IMG/VR virus record: IMGVR_UViG_3300032770_000011
Span: 39,400-103,399 of that record
DNA from: a virus
Length of the DNA: 64,000 bases
Reading direction: 5' to 3' (one strand)
The notes beneath the pieces are model-generated. The model was not told the DNA's origin, ran no database searches, and worked only from the letters and a program-made list of their open reading frames with translations. Shown one piece after another: positions 54,576 to 64,000 of the stretch (within the stretch, counting starts at the first letter, position 1; the number at the start of each line of letters is the position of its first letter). The position numbers and the translations under genes were made by a program.

Positions 54576-56020
54576 GACTCGTTCCCCGGATTGAAGTCGT
54601 CGCCTGAGACTTCCTTCAGTTTTTCCCAATACGCCGGACCGTAGAGTGGTACCGCCTGTAAAACATACTGCCCGGTGGCATACGATTGCGAAAGAAGATA
54701 CTCCATTCCCTTCGGGGCATTGCGGGCATACTCTACAAATAGCCGCCCTAGTCCGTGCCGTTCCTCGGCCTCGGTCTGACTGAAAGTGAAGACTATGTCT
54801 GCCGTAAACAATTTACTGACGTCCTCCGTGACATTCCGCCCACGCACTTTCCTCGCGCCTAGAGAATCACGTCCGGATTGCGTAGGCGTAAACACTGCAA
54901 GGTTACGCTCCGCTCCCAAGCCCCTCAATTCTACAAAGGTGCGACTTAGAGACAAACGCAAATCTCGGTGGTCATGGCGCATAAGGTCAGGATAGTCTAC
55001 AATGAGAACGTTCGGAATGAACTTCTGGGTCAATTCAAGGTAGTCCAGGTAGCCGCGCAAGCCCCCCATAGTCAACGACCCTGAAGGGAAAGCTTTCAGA
55101 ACAAGCCTTTCGAAGCGCGTACCCCAGGCCCCGACCTTATTGCGCAACCACTTCTTCACTGAAGGATCGGTGAAGTCCAGTCGGGGCTTTACCTTACGTG
55201 ATTTGAAATTGACAAAGCGGCCCAGGTCGTCCAGTTCGAAGGTTGTCTTCGGGTACGGATTCGGGTTAGTTGCTAGGCCGAAGAAGCTTTGAATATAGCG
55301 GTCCAGCAGTTCGGGGTGCTCTTCCATTTCGAGTGAGACGTGCACCACCTTGAACTTCTGAATGAGGGCTTGCTTCCCAATATGAACGCATGCCCAGCTT
55401 TTTCCACTATTCTTGTTTCCAATATATAGTACTAGGCGCTTGGCCGTAGGGCCTATGCCAAGCCTATCCAATTCTGGGATGCCGAGTGGTACGAAGAGCC
55501 TTTCCTCTTTCGGCGCAAAGAGGGAGGACCGTTCAATCTGGTGAAGAAAGGTACCCGCGTCTAGCGTCGTCTCACGGAAGCGCAAAGCCCCTTGTAGAAT
55601 TCCTTCGACTTCCTGAACTGCGTCATCCCCGCCCTGCAGGTACCGTTCATTAGCCTGCAATAATGCCGTCTTCAGCTTCTGCGAACGGATATGGTCCTGT
55701 GTTCGGGATGCAATATATTCCGCATTGATGTTTTCGGCTAGCGCCGCTAGGTTCATCAAGGTGCGCCGGAAGGCGTGGGTCTTACGGTCGCGCGGGTCTA
55801 GCTTGGCGCGGCTGAAGAGGTCTTCTAGGTGGGCGTGGCCGGGAGGGCTGCTGTACTTACGCCTATAGGCTAGAACAGCAGAGGCGATATCGTGATAGAG
55901 GCCGTCGAAGTGTTCAGGAAGGGCCTGCGCAGCAATCAGTGCGCCGTATTTCTGGTCAAAGGCCAGAACGGCAAGCACGGCTTCCTGTAGTGATTCGGTA
56001 AGAGGTTCCTGGGCTGCCAC
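54563..56020 (-). CDS. DnaB-like replicative helicase
   Basis: GIPELD; GNKNSGKS; SLEM; IVDYPDL; PTQ..R. Confidence 0.85.
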   Translation of the reverse strand: MAAQEPLTESLQEAVLAVLAFDQKYGALIAAQALPEHFDGLYHDIASAVLAYRRKYSSPPGHAHLEDLFSRAKLDPRDRKTHAFRRTLMNLAALAENINAEYIASRTQDHIRSQKLKTALLQANERYLQGGDDAVQEVEGILQGALRFRETTLDAGTFLHQIERSSLFAPKEERLFVPLGIPELDRLGIGPTAKRLVLYIGNKNSGKSWACVHIGKQALIQKFKVVHVSLEMEEHPELLDRYIQSFFGLATNPNPYPKTTFELDDLGRFVNFKSRKVKPRLDFTDPSVKKWLRNKVGAWGTRFERLVLKAFPSGSLTMGGLRGYLDYLELTQKFIPNVLIVDYPDLMRHDHRDLRLSLSRTFVELRGLGAERNLAVFTPTQSGRDSLGARKVRGRNVTEDVSKLFTADIVFTFSQTEAEERHGLGRLFVEYARNAPKGMEYLLSQSYATGQYVLQAVPLYGPAYWEKLKEVSGDDFNPGNESWEM

Positions 56021-56057
56021 GCAGACTTCATTCTTAAAAACTGGTCAATAAAACATA

Positions 56058-56534
56058 CTAGACAGGCTTGCCTAGAATCATACCAAGAAGCCCCTGCGCC
56101 CAGTAGCCTGGGAAGTATTGCTCCAATGCAATAGGAATCTTATCCACATTGAAGAGAACCGTTCTGGGCGTGACAGGGATTCTACTATAGTCCATCCAGT
56201 CTGCCAAAGCCCGCGTAGAAATAGTAGCTAGAGAAAGGCATTCTGCTCGCTGAGGTTTCAGCTGCCCAAAGCCTTTCAGTAAGAATTCCTGCAGCGCCTT
56301 GGACTTCTCGGCAAATTTGTTGGGAAGGAGTTTAGCAGGTATTGGGTATTTAGCCAGCCACAGACCACGCCGACGCAGTTCTTCGGTTATTCCAAGTAGC
56401 AGCCAATCCTGGGCGTCGGCCTGTGCAAAGCTGACCCCAACTAGGATACTGACCCGTTGCTTGACCTTCTCCAACTCGTCCAAGCTAAGACAAGGAAGAT
56501 TCTTCAATATGATTGAGAGTTCTTGCTTACCCAC
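56058..56534 (-). CDS. Hypothetical protein upstream of helicase
   Basis: FPGYW..GLL C-terminus; operon position. Confidence 0.55.
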   Translation of the reverse strand: MGKQELSIILKNLPCLSLDELEKVKQRVSILVGVSFAQADAQDWLLLGITEELRRRGLWLAKYPIPAKLLPNKFAEKSKALQEFLLKGFGQLKPQRAECLSLATISTRALADWMDYSRIPVTPRTVLFNVDKIPIALEQYFPGYWAQGLLGMILGKPV

Positions 56535-56672
56535 TCACGGCATCCAGCAGTGCCCAGCGTGTGGGCCGGACGTATAGCGTTGTCCCGTTGCACATCCCGT
56601 ATCGCTCACCGTCGAGGCGCACCCAGCGAGGAGTAATACGATGGCGAGCCAACAGAGAAGACGACAATGCAT
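56535..56672 (-). CDS. 45-aa predicted lipoprotein (absent from ORF track)
   Basis: MHCRLLCWLAIVLLLAGCAST, lipobox LAGC. Confidence 0.55.
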   Translation of the reverse strand: MHCRLLCWLAIVLLLAGCASTVSDTGCATGQRYTSGPHAGHCWMP

Positions 56673-59600
56673 AGCGGCCTATTCTGACTTAGGATGAAGG
56701 ACCTCGGCGGCTTGCCTCGTCAGGCCGCATTGGTCCATTTCACGGATGATGTTTTCGAGACGCGCGATCTCGGAATTTCGCTTTTCAAGGACCGTCGTTA
56801 AGTCCCGGATCAGACCGCGTTGCTCGGCTATCTTTTCGGCGTCCAACATCGGCGGCCTAATTCTTCAAGTTTGATGTTGCAACATCTTGGACAAAGCGAA
56901 GCGCCATTGCGGTGCTGTCGCTGCTCTCGGAGCGGTTATCCTCGCACACCGTTTTGATCTGGTTGAGCGCCTTTTGATATTTCGTCGCTCGCTCTTTCCA
57001 CATCTCAAGGCCGGCAAGCCTATCCTCGGCAATGTTTTGCCAAGCGCGGGCGCTTGTCTCAGGCGGGATATGCGCGCCAGCCATCGCGGGGATTTCACGG
57101 GTGCTCATGATTGGGCCTATTTTGACTTTCTGCGCTTTGGTTCCGGCAGCGCCGCCGATGGTACGTCAAAGCAGGTTGCAAACTTTCCGCAGACCTCACA
57201 TGGACCACGGCTCTGTGGCGTCCAAAAATCTTGCGGCCAGTCGTTTTTCTCAGCACATTTTTCGCAGTAGAACATGGCGGGGTGATCCTTCAACGAGCGG
57301 CGAGGCCAGCGGCCAGCGCGCGCTGCATGAGTTTGTAGAGATTGCTATCCTTGTCGCTATCGACGCCATAGCCGGCGATGCAAGCCGCCTGTATCATCGC
57401 GTCAGTGATTTCGACAGGATCGCTTTCGCGCGGCCCATTAAGGGCGCGATCAATTTCGTCCGGCGTGCCGATTCCTCGTGGCATGGCTGTGGCCTTTACC
57501 TCGTTCCTGATACTACCCTATCCGCAAATCGAAGATCGGCTATTGCCTCCGCAATCAGTTTACTAATTTCTTCTTGCGAGGCGTCTTGCAGCGTTTTTCC
57601 CTTGGCTTGGAGCTGCGCCATCACACAGACCATAACCATGTTCTTATCAATCATCTGCGGCCAGCCGTATTAGTGATTGCCACGCCCTTGACCGTCATCG
57701 TCTCGGTTAGCGTATAGACGCCAACAGTGACAGTCTCGCCAAGCTCGGCGGCTTCATTTCGTCGGTTGCTTTCACGGCGGCCTCTATATTTAGAATGTTC
57801 CAGCTTCGCTGACGTGCCGACCGGCATCGTCATAAACGTGCGACTTAAGCATTTCGCCGCTCTTGGTGTTGGCCCATTTGATGGCTTCTTCTTTGGTGTC
57901 GTAATCGCCGTGAACCCAATCTCCGCCGTCGAACGTATCGACACAGATAACTCGAAACTTGCCCTTGGGCGCGGCGCGGCTGAATTGCTCATCGATGCCG
58001 CGATTGCCGCCTTCGCTTACTGGTCTTGGGTCATATGGCATGGCTTCGTCCTATTTTGCTTTTGCGTGTTCGCGGTACGCCGCAGCGACGGCTTCGGTCA
58101 ACGCTGCTGAGTTATCTAGCGCGACACTTACGGCAAACTCTCCGTCTTTCGTTGCCTGTTTCGATGCTTTGCGGAGGCGATCCGTCGCATCCTGCCACAC
58201 CGCTGAGTGTTCTGCTGCGTTCATAGTTGGGCCTCCTCTGACAATTATTTGGCGGCAAATTCCGCGATGGCTTCCTTGGCGACTTTCTGCGGATCGGCAC
58301 ATCCTTCCGCGATCATCATAAGGCGGACTCCGTAGCGGTCGATCTGCCGCTGCTTCGCCTTCTCGCGTGACGAGATGCAATCCGCGGGCACGATGTTGGC
58401 CAGTTCCAGATAAAGCTTGCAGAGCGTTTCCATGTTCACTTTGCTTTCTCCGACGCCAATACCGCACGGACTTGGCCCATTGCGAAGTCGCCCTGTGGGG
58501 AACTTAGAAGCTTTTGCTCCCGGCGCGTAAGGCGCTCGCCAGCCAGTAGCTTATCGGCGGCAATCTCGATCATTTCGTCGGTTGCTTTCACGGCGGCCTA
58601 TTTCGCCAATGCGGCGACCTCCGGTTTGAGTTCGGTCAATTCGATGTCCTCGGCCTCGTCAAGCTGGTTCACCATATCGTCGTAGTTGACGTAGGGCTCA
58701 AGCAGATTATCGATTGCCCGGCCATCTCCCGGCTCGGCGTCACATAGGCGATTATATTCGTCAATGACCGCCTGCGGCACGTCTACGGTGCATTGGCAAA
58801 AGCCGCTGATTTCGTAGTTCAGTCTTACCTTTGGCATGGTCGGGGGTCCTCTGACAATCAAAACGGCGACGAATCGCCGCTCGGAGATTCGGTGTTATTG
58901 CAATCGAAGCCTCCGTGCGACCGGCGCGGAGTTTTTCTCGCCTCGACATCAGCGTAAGCCAAGGCCGTGCGGATTGTCTCAATCGGGCCGGGATGAACGA
59001 CCGCGCGTTGCTGTTCCAGCCAATCGCGCGCCTCTCGGATTTCTTTTGCGGTGAGCATGGCTGCGGCCTACTATGACAGCGGTGGCGGGGTTGGAATGGT
59101 AAACGGCATCCAGTGCGTCGGCGGATTGAGCGGTTCGTAAAACCCGTCCTCGTCCCGGTCAGCCTCAAGCCATCGGCCTTCGCACAGAAAACCGCGACTG
59201 ACCCATCTAATGGGATTGCCGTCGCCGTCATTTGTGACGCCGGTCAGCCATACTTCTAGGCCCTCGTCCGGCGGCGTATCTATTGGTTTCCAGTCGCTCA
59301 TGATCGGCCTACTCATTCAATTTGATAAAGCCGTTCCCGCCACATGGTTCACATCCTTCCTCAAAATTACCCGATTGAGAGCGGACAATCCCAAAACCTT
59401 TACAGTCAGGACAAAGTTGTGTCGGAGCATCTGTCCATCCAGTAAACGATAAAAGAAGTTCACGTAGTTTGGTCACGGACGACTCGGGGCACTCATCGTC
59501 GTATTGCAATGAGCACAGAGCCTCTTCAATTGCCGCCGGCAACGTTTCCGCGCGGGTTACAATTGGGTCGGCTTCATCAACGGGAATTAAAAGACTTTCA

Positions 59601-59826
59601 GTCATTTCGGCGGGCTCTATATTCAACTCGGGGTGATCGGGCGCGGAGCCCAATGGTGGATGCAATGCTCCGGCAGCCGGTGTCCGTTGATAACGACTAA
59701 CCAAGGTTCGTCCGGCTTAAATTCGGACGGAGCGTAGGCGGCTTCAAAAATAGCGCCGTGATAGACGCCACCAACCGCTAGGATATGGGTGCCATCTTTC
59801 GGCGCTGTTTCGGCTCGCTGCCACAT
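56535..59826 (-). other. Left array of about 16 small genes (45-100 aa), junctions mostly TAGGCC/AGAGG
   Basis: e.g. 56679..56849, 56857..57108, 57117..57275, 57290..57484, 57496..57654, 57790..58041, 58245..58439, 58858..59058, 59623..59826. Confidence 0.7.
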
Positions 59827-59980
59827 CTTCGGCCTATTTTCTCAAGAGTGTTTCTAAGAAACCATACTAACCCTTTAATTCGGCAGAACCAAGATACCTC
59901 TTAACTAAAGCTGATATATACCCTAAAACAAGGCATACGGCTAAGTTTTATTCTAAGCACGTTTGCAAAATAGGGTGAAA

Positions 59981-60580
59981 ATGGGGTATCTTGTAGGTTA
60001 CGCACGAGTTTCAACCGAAGACCAAAAATTGGACCTTCAACTAGACGCTCTCAGAAGAGCAGGCGTTAAGCCAGACAACCTTCACGTCGAAAAGGTCTCA
60101 GGTGCTTCTACGAAACGTCCGGCGCTGGATTTGGCTATCAAGGATCTTCGAGAAGGCGATACGTTTGTGGTCTGGCGATTAGACCGCCTTGCTCGATCCA
60201 TGCGCCAACTTTATGCCCGATTAGATCAGATCTACGCCAAGGGCGCTTACTTTCGCAGCATAACTGAGAATTTTGACTTTGGAACCGCCAGCGGAAAGCT
60301 TATACTAGGAGTGTTAGGCTTAGTTGCCGAGTTTGAGCGGCAGATCATAGCCCAACGAACTTCTGCTGGAATAGCTGCGCTGCGAGAGCGCAGCAAAGAC
60401 AAACACTGGGGCCGTAAGTTGTACATGACGCCAGAACGAATAAAGAAAGTAGGAGAACTGCTGAATAGTGGTCTGAGTGGACCAAAAGTGGCAAAGAGGC
60501 TGGGCGTCTCTACCGCCTCGATTTACGGCTTCTGGAAGCAAGTTGGTCATGGTAAGTATGTTAGAAAGAAGCGAAAGTAG
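59981..60580 (+). CDS. Small serine recombinase (resolvase/invertase family)
   Basis: VGYARVSTEDQ; RPAL; VVWRLDRLARS; AEFER..I.QRT.AG; C-terminal HTH. Confidence 0.95.
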   Translation: MGYLVGYARVSTEDQKLDLQLDALRRAGVKPDNLHVEKVSGASTKRPALDLAIKDLREGDTFVVWRLDRLARSMRQLYARLDQIYAKGAYFRSITENFDFGTASGKLILGVLGLVAEFERQIIAQRTSAGIAALRERSKDKHWGRKLYMTPERIKKVGELLNSGLSGPKVAKRLGVSTASIYGFWKQVGHGKYVRKKRK

Positions 60581-61806
60581 CCGCGATTAGTGGCAAAGAT
60601 TAGGAGTTTGAATTGGCTGCGCTGGTCATTGAGCCGAAAGCAAACGATGACATGATCGAGGGCTATAAAGACGGCCGCGATCTGACAGCGCCGGTGCCAT
60701 CGGCCAATCGGTCACGAAGCTATCGTCATGGCTTCGCAGTAGGACGCGCTGAGAAAGAGAATCGACGACTGGGATCATTTGATGAAGTGATGCGCATGGC
60801 AGACGAAGCCATGCGCTTAGACCAGTTGGATTAACAGGAGTTTGTCATGCGCGATCCGCTTATAGTTGCCGAGGAACACTACCAACGCGTCTATGGCGAT
60901 CTTGCTAAGACGCAGGCGGAATTAGACTCGGTGCAGGCGATCATGCGCGATTTGATCGACCGCAGAACACGCCTCAAATGCGATTTGGCAAACGCGTGGG
61001 GCGAACGTGAAATGGCGAAAGCAGAACGTAACAAGCTGGTCCGAGAAGGACTGCTGTCACTTTAGGAGCACCTGTGTACGAGGAACAAATTCTCAAACTA
61101 CAAAACCGTGCAGATGGCATCGCCGCGTGGCTCGATGAGAATTGTCCTTACGTCTTTGTCGATCAAAAACACCTCGACGAAAAAACAGTCGAGCGATCTT
61201 ATTGGCACTACGGCTACCGCGCCGCGCTTGAAGATGTGATCCACCTCGTTCGCCACGGTGGCGAGCTAAAATAGGAGAATCCGATGCTTGAGATAGATCG
61301 CAAAGCGCAACACCGATTGATGGCGCTCGATGCCACCAACAAAATCCAAGAGGCGGTCGGCCTCGACGACAAGTGGAAGGGGCTGATCGAGAACACGATC
61401 TATACGCTATGCGAGGACTGCTATCGGCGCGGCGTTCAATATCCGCCTCAGACAATTTAGGAGCGATCATGACGGCGACAGCCCAATCGCTACGCGAAGC
61501 GGCCACAGAGTTTGAACGCCTCACGGCACCCGACCGATTGCCGACGCTCGACGAAGTGCACCGTTGGGTTCGGTCCAATCCCTTGACCGCCGTTGACCTT
61601 GTACTGGACTTAGTTTTCGCCGGACATGTAGCCGATGGAGAATTGAGCGACGGGCGGTTGCGTGAACTTTGGAAAGAATGCGGTGCGTCTATCGATAAAC
61701 GTGGCCGCGCCTTTATCGAGGCTCACTTGTTGCCGCGCGTGCTTCGACTCATTATCGAAGCCAATAACAAATTGTCCGCAAAGAGAACGAGGTAGAGGAG
61801 CGACCG

Positions 61807-62172
61807 ATGGTCGCCTATAGCTTTCAAGGTCGATTTGCCGCCGCCGTGGAAAGCGGCGCGAAACATCAAACCATCCGCGCCAACGGAAAGCGCCGGCACG
61901 CGAAGCCAGGGGACAAGCTGCAACTCTATACAGGGATGCGGACAAAGGCATGTCATAAGCTGCGTGATGCGGTCTGCCATGACGCCTGCCCGATTACGCT
62001 GGACCGTGATCGCGTGACAACTTTCCACCCGCAAGAATTTCTCGATCCTGAGATGATCGCCAAGCTGGACGGCTTTTCATCGTGGGTCGAGATGCGCGAC
62101 TGGTTCGAGAAAATGCACGGGCTACCATTCAGCGGGACGATGATCCGCTGGCTGGTCCCGTTGGAAAAATAG
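61807..62172 (+). CDS. ASCH/PUA-like protein
   Basis: F...VESGAKHQTIR..KPGDKLQLYTGMR; AKLDGF. Confidence 0.7.
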   Translation: MVAYSFQGRFAAAVESGAKHQTIRANGKRRHAKPGDKLQLYTGMRTKACHKLRDAVCHDACPITLDRDRVTTFHPQEFLDPEMIAKLDGFSSWVEMRDWFEKMHGLPFSGTMIRWLVPLEK

Positions 62173-63747
62173 GAGTTTCGTTTGACCGTTATTCTAGATA
62201 TTACGCAGGGTAAAAGTCGGTCGCAACTTGCCGACGACTATCTGCGTTGTTCGCGTGCTGCATTCCATTGGCAACGTATTGCGATGGCATTGATCGAAGC
62301 TGCACCCGATGCTGTATCTAAAATACCGCAGGAATATCGTGCCGAGATTGAACGGCTAATCGAAGCTTACAAAGATTGAATATAGAGGAGACCGGCAATG
62401 AAAGCGTGGGCGATCAAGCACTGGCGCGGCGGTCTCTATATCGACACTGTGCGGCGTACCCGTCGCGAGGCCATCGACACCTTCTTGCAAAACTTTTTCC
62501 GCGGCTCTGCATCGTCGCGTCGCAAGAAATGGAATGATGACAGAAAATATCACGTTCACCGCGTTGTTCGCGTTAATGTCGAAACAGATTAGGAGTGCCG
62601 ACGATGACTCTTGAAGATCAATGGTTCAAAAACGCTGAACGGCAAAACAAAGAAATATCCGATGCAGAAGCAAAGTTTTTTGCGAAGTTAAAGCAGAGAA
62701 AATGTTGTCAACCAAAAGCGGTTGCAATAATTCGCCTCAATAGAGATAGAAAATATTTACGCAGTCGATTAGTGAGACTACAAGCAGATTTAATTCGCAG
62801 CGGGTGGCGTCTCAAAATTGATTTTACCGACGACGGCTTGGTTCGCTTTAACTTGGTGTCAGAATAGGAGGCCGGAATGGACTGGATCGAGATTGTAGAG
62901 GATGGCGAGAATATCACATCCAAAATGCCGCCTGACGAAACCATCGTCGAGGTCAAACTTAAGGACGGCACAATCTGTCCGGCTTGGTACTCGCAGAATA
63001 TTCAAGAAGCGGGCGACTGGGATTTCGTGCCGATTGAGCCGGGGACAGATGAGCCTGATTTAATGGCCGATAGCCTCGCTGCGAACGTAGCCGCGTGGCG
63101 TCCGCTAAACGCCACGATATAGAGGAGTTTGACGTGGCCGCCGACCGTGAATATCTTTTCAATTATCGGTTTGCAGGCGACGAGTGGGGCATAACGATCT
63201 TTGCGACGAATGCTGCCGAAGCAAAAGAGAAGATCAAGGCCGTCGCCTTGGCGCGCTACGAAGGCGAGGTTGGAATAAAAATTCCTGCATTCACTGGCGC
63301 TGGCATCATCGCCAAGACAGTGACGTGGTTAAAAAATCGAACGAGGTAGAGGAGATTTCCATGACTGCATGGCGCTGGCAGCGGATTTGGCAAGTCAAGG
63401 GCTGGTCGATGATGCTGACCTATGGCCAGAACTTTGTGATTGGCTTCGGCACTGGAAATAGTTGGCTTGCAATTCGCGTGAACGGCATTTGGATTTCGTT
63501 GGGTCCGCTGACTTTCGACATTCAGCCGCCGATGCCAAAGTGGATGCGAGACGAGGTTAATGCGCCGCAGGTCACGAGATAGAGGAGCGGCCAATATGGT
63601 AATCGGGACAATTGGATTTTTTGTTTTAGCTCTATTCGCTGCCAGTTTTAATAATCCGTGGGCCGCGCTTGTATTCTTGGCGATAAGCTATGGGTTGTTC
63701 GCGGCAATATCGTTCGGATATTATCACGCATAAAAGGAGCGGATTCC

Positions 63748-64000
63748 GTGGTCGCATATAGTTTTCAAGGTCGATTTGCTGATGCGGTGGAGCGCGGAGA
63801 GAAGCGCCAGACGATCCGCGCTAACGGCAAGCGCCGGCATGCGAGGCCTGGCGACAAGTTGCAGCTCTACACCGGGATGCGGACAAAGGCATGTCATAAG
63901 CTGCGTGATGCGGTCTGCCATGACGCCTGCCCGATTACGCTGGACCGTGATCGCGTGACAACTTTCCACCCGCAAGAATTTCTCGATCCTGAGATGATCG
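63748..64000 (+). CDS. Second ASCH/PUA-like copy, truncated at window edge
   Basis: GTG start; VAYSFQGRFADAVERGEKRQTIR; last 127 nt identical to 61933..62059. Confidence 0.75.
   Translation, partial: MVAYSFQGRFADAVERGEKRQTIRANGKRRHARPGDKLQLYTGMRTKACHKLRDAVCHDACPITLDRDRVTTFHPQEFLDPEMI

Larger units (their letters stand above)
60613..64000 (+). other. Right array of at least 14 small genes, junctions mostly TAGGAG/TAGAGGAG
   Basis: 60613, 60847, 61074, 61284, 61468, 61807, 62182, 62398, 62601, 62877, 63134, 63361, 63596, 63748 starts. Confidence 0.75.

Noticed and set aside
70-56500. Long plus-strand ORFs (e.g. 7559..8518, 11158..11865, 25803..26657, 33983..34729)
   Set aside because: Antisense shadows of well-supported minus-strand genes, no motifs.
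59981-60580. Prophage integrase or host boundary
   Set aside because: Small resolvase/invertase without large-recombinase domains; phage-like genes on both sides and no host genes seen.
56535-64000. Classical integron or diversity-generating retroelement
   Set aside because: Recombinase is serine type, no attC palindromes, no reverse transcriptase, and duplicate-gene differences are not adenine-specific.

Overview
Part of a large tailed dsDNA phage genome, probably infecting an alphaproteobacterium (GcrA homolog; tRNA-His with A73 and no encoded G-1). Nearly all genes from 1 to 59.8 kb are on the minus strand. Modules: (i) head/packaging genes at 1-25.8 kb (capsid, scaffold, GroES, portal, intein-containing terminase, TerS, NusG/RfaH paralog), with an amber-interrupted TnpB and many small insertions; (ii) an RNA module at 25.9-32.5 kb with a Ro60/Rsr (TROVE) gene, four Y-RNA-like genes sharing one closing stem, and 37 tRNA genes covering all 20 amino acids, many with non-canonical T-loops; (iii) replication and thymidine-hypermodification genes at 32.5-56.5 kb (RecA, SSB, clamp loader, UDG-PolA, clamp, dUMP hydroxymethylase-like, 5hmdU DNA kinase parts, intein-containing amino acid:DNA transferase, methyltransferase-like gene, primase, helicases); (iv) at 56.5-64 kb, a serine invertase/resolvase between two divergent arrays of very small genes whose junctions share a degenerate motif, with an inverted-repeat-flanked promoter segment in the middle. 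Best novelty candidates: the recombinase-centred arrays (possible whole-gene shufflon), the four-Y-RNA system in which two RNAs carry the same tRNA arms in opposite order, and an HNH gene overprinted inside the terminase intein. All calls come from reading motifs by eye; no searches were run.
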